Below are positions 58,259 through 64,000 of a stretch of 64,000 nt of DNA, piece by piece. The stretch is taken from assembly GCA_009787695.1 (NCBI GenBank), contig WQSW01000003.1:6703-70702 (forward strand). The letters run 5' to 3'. The stretch is from Treponema sp. (GTDB lineage Bacteria; Spirochaetota; Spirochaetia; Treponematales; Breznakiellaceae). The position numbers and the translations under genes are program-made. The notes under the pieces were generated by a model that saw only the letters and a program-made list of their open reading frames with translations, had not been told where the DNA came from and made no database searches. Every line of letters begins with the position of its first letter. Position 1 is the first letter of the stretch.

Positions 58259-60136
58259 ATGAGAAACACTAATTTTCTATTTTCGTTTTTGATGCTGGTT
58301 TTTTTTACTGGAATTAGCATAATAGCGGCAGACTTTTTGTTACTAATCTATTTTGATATCAAATTTTCGCAGCTTGTTTTTAAGCTCGGTGTTCCGGGTC
58401 TTTTTTTCCTCATTGTTTACTGCGTTGTTTTAGGACGAAACGCTAAATGTTTCAGCAAGTCTTATTTTGAGAAGACAGATTCCGGAAACGATCAGGAAAA
58501 AGTATTTTTGGAAAAAATTAAAAAAATCGGAGCAATTCCGATAAAAATGATAGCGTTGAATGTTGTAATTCATGCAATTTTTCTTGCTTGTGTTTATTTT
58601 AAAAAAGAATATCTATCTATTCAGGCAGAAATGCAAGGACCTCTTTTTCTGGCATCTCTTGCCTTTGGAATGTTAGTAGGCACTTTTGTCTATGTATCCG
58701 GCGACGGTATGGTTTCTGGCACATTGATGGCGCGGAATTTTTCTGACTATCCCAGAAACCTTCGTGAAAACCGGCAGGAATTAAAAGCCATGATAATCCC
58801 ATTAGCGGCTGTTTTAATGGCATTGATATTTTCCTGTTCTGTAACATTACTCGGCATAGGCAAAGCCGGCGGAAGTCTTCAAAATTTACAAGGGAGCAAT
58901 TGGCTGGTACTTTTGATTCCAATCATTATTGTCTTTTTATGTGTCACCATTTTATGTATTACTTTAAAAAAGAACGCATCCGTATTATTTACATCAATCA
59001 TTGAGCAGCTGGAAAATCTTTCTTCAGATCAAAAAGATTTAAGAAAGCGCATTACGGTTTGTTCGGTAGATGAACTTGGCACTATTACCGGAATGGTGAA
59101 TACTTTTTGCAATCATTTAAGCGAAGGCATTCATGACATCAAGAGCGGGAAAGATAACCTTATCCATGTCGGTAACCGTCTGGAAGAAAATGCATCCGGC
59201 ATGGCGGCATCTGTCGGGCAGATGTCTGTAGCATCAGAGCAGGTACTGATAAAGACCAAGAGCCAAATGGAGAGCGTAAATACTTCGTCGCAGGCAGTAC
59301 AGCGGATTTCTGATAACATAAAAGCATTGGACGAATCGATTACTGTTCAAACAACCAGCATGAACGAAGCATCTGCGGCAGTTGAACAAATGGTTGGAAA
59401 TATTACTTCAATAAGTTCAGTGACAGAAAGGATGGAGTCGCAATTTAAAACTGTCGGAGAATCATCGGAGCAGGGAAGCCGTATCCAGAAAGAAAGTGCC
59501 GAGCGTATCCGCACAATAGTATCGCAATCGCAAGATTTACAAGACGCAAATAAGATAATTGCAACAATCGCCGCGAAAACCAACCTTTTAGCAATGAACG
59601 CTGCAATCGAAGCGGCTCACGCAGGAGATGCAGGCAAGGGATTCGCCGTAGTAGCTGATGAAATACGCCAGCTTGCCATTAATTCGACAGAGGAGTCAAA
59701 AAAGATCGGCAGCGAGCTTAAACAAATTGTTAAAACCATCGACCTTATAGTCAAAGACTCCGAAGCATCAACAAACGCTTTTGTTGATGTGACCAACCGC
59801 ATTAACGATACAGGCAAACTGGTTCACGAAGTAAACAATGCAATAAGAGAGCAAAAAATCGGCGCAAGCCAAGTAATTAGTTATTTACGGACGATGAATG
59901 AACACACAGAAAAAGTTACCGGCGGCTCGCGCGAAATAGGGCATAGCAGTTCAATTATGCTGAAAGAAATTCATACACTGCAAAGCAACGCCGGAGAAAT
60001 TATGACCAGAATGGAAGAAATGTCCGTCGGTATTAAAAATATTAATAACGGCGCGCAAGGTGTTTCCGAGCTGGCTGTAAAAACCCGATCTTCAATACAA
60101 AAAATATCTGTTATTGCGGACGGGTTTCAGGTGTAA
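58259..60136 (+). CDS. methyl-accepting chemotaxis protein
   Basis: 625 aa. Multi-TM N-terminal region, HAMP-like linker, and the highly conserved signalling hairpin LLAMNAAIEAAHAGDAGKGFAVVADEIRQLA. Confidence 0.95.
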   Translation: MRNTNFLFSFLMLVFFTGISIIAADFLLLIYFDIKFSQLVFKLGVPGLFFLIVYCVVLGRNAKCFSKSYFEKTDSGNDQEKVFLEKIKKIGAIPIKMIALNVVIHAIFLACVYFKKEYLSIQAEMQGPLFLASLAFGMLVGTFVYVSGDGMVSGTLMARNFSDYPRNLRENRQELKAMIIPLAAVLMALIFSCSVTLLGIGKAGGSLQNLQGSNWLVLLIPIIIVFLCVTILCITLKKNASVLFTSIIEQLENLSSDQKDLRKRITVCSVDELGTITGMVNTFCNHLSEGIHDIKSGKDNLIHVGNRLEENASGMAASVGQMSVASEQVLIKTKSQMESVNTSSQAVQRISDNIKALDESITVQTTSMNEASAAVEQMVGNITSISSVTERMESQFKTVGESSEQGSRIQKESAERIRTIVSQSQDLQDANKIIATIAAKTNLLAMNAAIEAAHAGDAGKGFAVVADEIRQLAINSTEESKKIGSELKQIVKTIDLIVKDSEASTNAFVDVTNRINDTGKLVHEVNNAIREQKIGASQVISYLRTMNEHTEKVTGGSREIGHSSSIMLKEIHTLQSNAGEIMTRMEEMSVGIKNINNGAQGVSELAVKTRSSIQKISVIADGFQV

Positions 60137-60160
60137 ATATTTTTTTAGAAGGATAATAAA

Positions 60161-60448
60161 TTACACCAGTTCAAGACGCACTTTTTTTCCTAAAACATTT
60201 GCAGCTTTTATTAAGGTTAAAAGAGTGATAGATTCATTTTCAGGATCAAGCAGTCTGTTAACTGCGGCACGAGAAGTAGAAAGTTGGGCTGCCAAAGCAG
60301 TTTTTGTTAAATGTTCTTTTTCGATAGCTTCCTGTAATTGATACGCGATCATTCTTTTTATTGCTCCAGCTTCAACTTCATCAGCGATACCTTCTTCAGT
60401 AAGAAAGTCATCAAACGAACTTCCAATTGCTTTATTTTTCATCTTCAT
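60161..60448 (-). CDS. higA: XRE-family HTH antitoxin (HigA-like)
   Basis: 95 aa. HTH LTKTALAAQLSTSRAAVNRLL. Overlaps the upstream toxin gene by ~17 nt, in the toxin-first order typical of higBA. Confidence 0.8.
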   Translation of the reverse strand: MKMKNKAIGSSFDDFLTEEGIADEVEAGAIKRMIAYQLQEAIEKEHLTKTALAAQLSTSRAAVNRLLDPENESITLLTLIKAANVLGKKVRLELV

Positions 60449-60806
60449 TTCCTCCTGATAATACTCTGTTACGTCTTTTTTTTGCTGTCTCTAAATCTTG
60501 CTTTGGCGTTTTTTGGGTTTTCTTAATAATACTATGCAATAAAACAATGTACCTCTCCCATACTGTAAAGAATATTCTGCTTATTCCTTGCGGTAAATTC
60601 GTTCTAACCTCCCATAAGTCTTTATCAAGTTTGACTACCTGCGGATAACCTACAGGCCAGGAATATTCAACCATCTTTAAATCTTCTCCAATTGCCTTTT
60701 TTTCATCCGGTGTCCTAAGTTTAAGCCAATCTCTTACAGGCTCATTACCTGAATGGGACTTGTAGAAATAAACAGTTAAGACTTTCACATTCGAGTTTTG
60801 AGGCAT
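60432..60806 (-). CDS. higB: RelE/ParE-superfamily toxin (HigB/Gp49-like, DUF891 type)
   Basis: 124 aa. Pattern GNEPVRDWL....E.KKIG.DL..VE..WP.G.P....L...LWE.R..L..GI.RIFF typical of Gp49/HigB-like toxins. Basic C-terminal tail. Confidence 0.75.
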   Translation of the reverse strand: MPQNSNVKVLTVYFYKSHSGNEPVRDWLKLRTPDEKKAIGEDLKMVEYSWPVGYPQVVKLDKDLWEVRTNLPQGISRIFFTVWERYIVLLHSIIKKTQKTPKQDLETAKKRRNRVLSGGNEDEK

Positions 60807-60812
60807 ATTATT

Positions 60813-60841
60813 AGTGTATCAAAATTGATACACTTTGTCAA
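60813..60841 (-). promoter_or_regulatory. higBA promoter with a 20-bp perfect palindromic operator
   Basis: Minus strand: TTGACA (60841-60836), a 17-nt spacer, TACACT (60818-60813), 6 nt, ATG. The palindrome GTGTATCAAAATTGATACAC (60814-60833) covers the spacer and -10. Confidence 0.55.
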
Positions 60842-60925
60842 GAAAATTATAAGAGTATCTATGATTTGAGATTATAACATATAGAAAATATTGACGAATG
60901 TATAAATTAAATATATAAGGAAAAC

Positions 60926-61342
60926 ATGGAAACCCAAATCCTAACAGACCCCATGATCAAACCAAACAATAAAGTTCTGGAAACCGCATTAGGGAAAAAC
61001 TTTAAAAGGTTTATGGAATTTTTAAGTAAAATCGGCGAACTAAATTTAGTTCCGGAATGGAATTATTACAATGACGGAAAATCATGGCTATGCAAAATAT
61101 TAAACAAAAAGAAAAATCTTGCATGGCTTTCTGTTTGGAATACAGGATTTAAATTATCATTTTTCTTTACGGAAAAAACTATAGCCGGTGTATACGAATT
61201 AGATATAGATGATGAAATAAAAACAATTGCTAAAGATATGAAACCGACAGGGAAATTACTGCCTGTAGTTTTTTTAATTAAAAACAAAAAAATGTTAAGT
61301 GCCGGGCTGAGGTTGTTGGAATATAAGATGAGGCTGAAATAA
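60926..61342 (+). CDS. hypothetical protein (DUF3788-like by recollection)
   Basis: 138-aa ORF. W.YY.DGKSWLCK....KKNL.WLS....F.L.F.F.EK pattern. The family name is from memory only and is unverified. Confidence 0.5.
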   Translation: METQILTDPMIKPNNKVLETALGKNFKRFMEFLSKIGELNLVPEWNYYNDGKSWLCKILNKKKNLAWLSVWNTGFKLSFFFTEKTIAGVYELDIDDEIKTIAKDMKPTGKLLPVVFLIKNKKMLSAGLRLLEYKMRLK

Positions 61343-61357
61343 TGCTGCTTAACAGCC

Positions 61358-61738
61358 TTATATCACCATCACCAGCGAAGAATAATCTGCTAATAACGCA
61401 TCTCCTGTTATAAAATGCATTGGGCAGGTTATCGCTTGCGCGAGGAGCATATGGTCAAATGGGTCTTTGTGATGTTTTGCCAGTTCCATATATACTTTAT
61501 TAAATTTGCTTGATACAGGTAATTCTATAAACGCATGCTTTTTAGCAAAAAACAGAAGTTCATCAATATCTATATTTAATTTTTCAGCACGTATTTTTAT
61601 CATTATTTCCCATAATGAAACCTCGCTAAAATAAATATCAGAATTTTCTGATGCTATTATCTCTTTTATTGAATCTATCCGTTTTGAACCCCAGAAATAC
61701 CAAATTAAAATATTTGTATCAATTAGAAATTTTATCAT
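61358..61738 (-). CDS. vapC: PIN-domain toxin (VapC family)
   Basis: 126 aa. N-terminal acidic LIDTNILIW, SEVSLWEI, and C-terminal HHKDPFDHMLLAQA, typical of VapC. Its start overlaps the antitoxin stop by 4 nt. Confidence 0.85.
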   Translation of the reverse strand: MIKFLIDTNILIWYFWGSKRIDSIKEIIASENSDIYFSEVSLWEIMIKIRAEKLNIDIDELLFFAKKHAFIELPVSSKFNKVYMELAKHHKDPFDHMLLAQAITCPMHFITGDALLADYSSLVMVI

Positions 61739-62118
61739 TTTTTATCCCAATCCTCCAATCCTTGCATACTATACATCATTATATCAATTATTTCCTCAGG
61801 AACAGGATCTTCCCATCCTTCAGGAAGTTTTATATGTTTCATACATCCCAAAGCACCCGCTCTTAATTGTGCATTTATTTTTCTCTGATCTGCCATAGTT
61901 ATCATTACTTCAGGCTTGCCGAAGCTGCCGATATAAATAGTCTCGCCAGCGGCCGCTCGTTTTACTAACTTTGAAAGATTTGTTTTTGCTTCATGAATTG
62001 AGAATGTATTCTTTTCTATTTCTGTTTTAGGTTGAATAGGATTTGACTTTTTTTGAACCGTATATTCTGCTTCAGGGTCTTTTACAACAGGTTCATTTTC
62101 TTTATTTTTTTTCTTCAT
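61735..62118 (-). CDS. vapB: Phd/YefM-type antitoxin (VapB-like) with a Lys-rich N-terminal extension
   Basis: 127 aa. Core FSIHEAKTNLSKLVKRAAAGETIYIG..GKPEVMI is a Phd/YefM fold signature. The C-terminal acidic toxin-binding tail is LPEGWEDPVPEEIID. About 38 extra N-terminal residues. Confidence 0.75.
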   Translation of the reverse strand: MKKKNKENEPVVKDPEAEYTVQKKSNPIQPKTEIEKNTFSIHEAKTNLSKLVKRAAAGETIYIGSFGKPEVMITMADQRKINAQLRAGALGCMKHIKLPEGWEDPVPEEIIDIMMYSMQGLEDWDKK

Positions 62119-62124
62119 ACTAAA

Positions 62125-62153
62125 ACTTAGTCCATACCGGACTAAGTTGTCAA
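62125..62153 (-). promoter_or_regulatory. vapBC promoter/operator region
   Basis: Inverted repeat ACTTAGTCC-atacc-GGACTAAGT (62125-62147) lies immediately upstream of the start codon. TTGACA on the minus strand (62153-62148), with a weak -10 (TAAGTT/CTAAGT) inside the palindrome. Confidence 0.45.
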
Positions 62154-62195
62154 GATTTCTCCGGAAAAATTTCTAAAAAATTTTCATTTTACCAC

Positions 62196-62246
62196 TTGAC
62201 ATATTGTACTAGTACACTTAGAATTGTACTAGATGAATAGTACAAC
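62196..62246 (+). promoter_or_regulatory. GntR-operon promoter with two GTAC-core palindromic operators
   Basis: TTGACA (62196-62201), a 17-nt spacer, TAGAAT (62219-62224). The perfect 12-bp palindrome TGTACTAGTACA (62205-62216) lies in the spacer. A second inverted repeat TTGTACTA-N7-TAGTACAA (62224-62246) spans the ATG at 62233. No SD. Confidence 0.6.
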
Positions 62247-62673
62247 AAGAAATTCAAAAACTGATAAGCCTCAATCTGTTGTAAAGGAGTTAATCCATTT
62301 TTCACTTGACCCCTTAAACGGGACACCGATTTACAGGCAGATTATCCAGCAGATTGAGTATGCAATCTTGTCGGGGCGGATGAAAAGAGGCGATAAGTTG
62401 CCGACCATACGGTCTTTGGCGGTTGATTTAAAAACCAACCCCAACACCATCGCAAGAGCTTACAGCGAGCTGGAAATACGGGGGATACTGGAAACCCAAG
62501 TGGGCAGCGGCACTTATATTTCCGACAAGAAGCCTGTAATGGAAGATGACAGCCTTAACAAAAAAAAGCGCGAGGTGATAGGGCGCTTTGTGCAGGAGTT
62601 GCGGGATTTAGGCGTAGAAAACAAAGAACTGATCAAATTGATCGAATCATATATTAAGGAGACAAACCTATGA
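62233..62673 (+). CDS. GntR-family transcriptional regulator (YtrA-like short subfamily)
   Basis: 146 aa. wHTH KLPTIRSLAVDLKTNPNTIARAYSELEIRGIL, with the short helical C-terminus typical of the YtrA subfamily. Confidence 0.85.
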   Translation: MNSTTRNSKTDKPQSVVKELIHFSLDPLNGTPIYRQIIQQIEYAILSGRMKRGDKLPTIRSLAVDLKTNPNTIARAYSELEIRGILETQVGSGTYISDKKPVMEDDSLNKKKREVIGRFVQELRDLGVENKELIKLIESYIKETNL

Positions 62674-63587
62674 AGAAAAAAACAGATTACACACTTGCTA
62701 TTATCAGATTTATTGTGCTTGTTATAACGGCGGCGGTAATTTCGATTGTTTACCACATACCGGAAAAAGCGGTTTTACACATCGAAGATTTAAAAGGGAT
62801 GTGGGCGGGCTTTGCAATTTTTATTGTTGTCTTTCTTTTGGTTTTTTCGATCCGCAAAGCCGATGAATGGGAACGCGCCATCGTCCTGCGCTTCGGGAAA
62901 TTCCGTAAGGTTAAGGGTCCGGGTCTTTTCTTTCTTATCCCCCTTGCCGACAGGATTACTCAAATCGTAGATATCCGTATCAGGGTTTCCGATTTCTCAA
63001 CACAGAAAACTTTGACAGGGGACTCGGTTACTGTAAATGTCGATGCGATTTGTTTCTGGCTGGTGTGGGATCCGCAGAAGGCTGTTCTTGAAGTTGAAAA
63101 TTATGTTGACGCTGTGGTGCTTTCTTCTAAGACTGCTCTTCGCAACTCAATATCCAATCACGATCTTTCTACCTTCCTTGAACGCAGCGACATAATTGAA
63201 AAGCAGATACAGGAAGATGTTGATAAAAAGACAACCGAGTGGGGGATAACCGTTCTTCATATCGAGATTACAGATATTCAGATACCGGAGGCTTTACAGG
63301 ATTCGCTTTCGCGTGTCGCTCAGGCAGAGCGTGAAAAGAAAGGGCGCATCCTGCTTGCAGAAGCGGAAATTGAAATCGCCCGTAAACTTGAAGAGGCGGC
63401 GCAGATTTACTTACGAAATGAACCTGCAATGAAGCTGAAGATTCTTTCCATATTGAATGAAGGGTTAAAAGCGGGCAACTCGATGATGCTCGTTCCCAAT
63501 TCAATTGCAGAGGAGCTTGAGACTAAGGATATATTCGGCCTTAAGGCTTTGAATGAAGTTAAAAGAATGAAAAAGGATGAGGAATAA
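62670..63587 (+). CDS. SPFH/band-7 (stomatin-like) membrane protein
   Basis: 305 aa. Two N-terminal TM segments. SPFH core (EWERAIVLRFGKF..KGPGLFFLIP, ..TEWGI.V..IEI.DI..P). Start overlaps the GntR stop (ATGA). Confidence 0.85.
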   Translation: MKKKTDYTLAIIRFIVLVITAAVISIVYHIPEKAVLHIEDLKGMWAGFAIFIVVFLLVFSIRKADEWERAIVLRFGKFRKVKGPGLFFLIPLADRITQIVDIRIRVSDFSTQKTLTGDSVTVNVDAICFWLVWDPQKAVLEVENYVDAVVLSSKTALRNSISNHDLSTFLERSDIIEKQIQEDVDKKTTEWGITVLHIEITDIQIPEALQDSLSRVAQAEREKKGRILLAEAEIEIARKLEEAAQIYLRNEPAMKLKILSILNEGLKAGNSMMLVPNSIAEELETKDIFGLKALNEVKRMKKDEE

Positions 63588-63616
63588 TGAAACTTTGTTT
63601 CATTTTCGATTTAACT

Positions 63617-63636
63617 GCGCGGTTATATAACCGCGC
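63617..63636 (+). other. 20-bp perfect palindrome between the SPFH and ABC ATPase genes
   Basis: GCGCGGTTATATAACCGCGC. No U-tract follows. AGGAGG RBS of the next gene is 5 nt downstream. Confidence 0.6.
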
Positions 63637-63654
63637 TAAAAGGAGGTTACAATC

Positions 63655-64000
63655 ATGACAGTAGTAAAAGCGCAAAATGTAGTAAAAGACTACGCTTTAG
63701 ACGGACAGACAGTTCACGCCCTGCGCGGAGTGAACATGGAATTTCAAGGCGGAGAATTTGCCGCCATCGCGGGACCTTCGGGCAGCGGGAAATCTACCTT
63801 CTTACACTTAGCAGGCTGCCTTGATACGATCACTTCCGGCAACATCATTGTCGGCGGCTCTGATACTGCGGCTATGTCCCGCACTCAGTTGGCTCTCCTT
63901 CGCCGTCACAGTATCGGCTTTATTTTTCAGGCTTACAATTTGATACCTGTGCTTTCTGTTGAAGAAAATGTTTCCTTCCCCCTTACCTTGATGGGTGTAG
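63655..64000 (+). CDS. ABC transporter ATP-binding protein (MacB/LolD/FtsE-like), 5' partial at window end
   Basis: AGGAGG RBS. MTVVKAQNVVKDY...GEFAAIAGPSGSGKST (Walker A), LRRHSIGFIFQAYNLIP (Q-loop region). Open to the window edge. Confidence 0.85.
   Translation, partial: MTVVKAQNVVKDYALDGQTVHALRGVNMEFQGGEFAAIAGPSGSGKSTFLHLAGCLDTITSGNIIVGGSDTAAMSRTQLALLRRHSIGFIFQAYNLIPVLSVEENVSFPLTLMGV

Overview
A densely coding, AT-rich 64-kb chromosomal window. I count about 54 CDS, 2 tRNAs and 1 clear pseudogene. I saw no rRNA, CRISPR array, transposase/IS or prophage genes. The gene content mixes housekeeping and accessory functions. Housekeeping genes include clpB, glnS, ddl, tdk, aroK, malic enzyme and putP. 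The rest includes an MCP, two orphan hybrid histidine kinases, many lipoproteins and Sel1/TPR proteins. This resembles a host-associated anaerobe, possibly a Treponema-like spirochete, but that is an inference from gene content only and has low confidence. No complete, obviously new multi-gene system (for example a defence island) can be demonstrated from sequence alone. The best second-look candidates follow. (1) A phased array of three 29-bp dyad-symmetric units at an exact 34-bp period lies upstream of a class-II-like Fic gene; one unit contains a consensus promoter. (2) A 1555-aa membrane-anchored coiled-coil protein is built from about 20 tandem 22-aa (66-bp) repeats, including a near-identical 264-bp higher-order duplication, and ends in an HTH-like tail. 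(3) A CPA2 cation/proton antiporter is covalently fused to a PTS EIIA(Ntr-type) domain. (4) A PRTase-like protein is paired with an orphan OadB-type Na+-decarboxylase beta subunit. (5) An orphan CcrM/HinfI-family adenine methyltransferase has no linked nuclease. (6) A small TA/regulator island (higBA, vapBC, GntR-SPFH-ABC) has promoters that share one architecture: TTGACx at -35, a palindromic operator in the spacer, and the ATG 5-8 nt after the -10, implying leaderless mRNAs. (7) A divergent UDG-superfamily-like protein. All family assignments come from motif recognition by eye, because no database search could be run.
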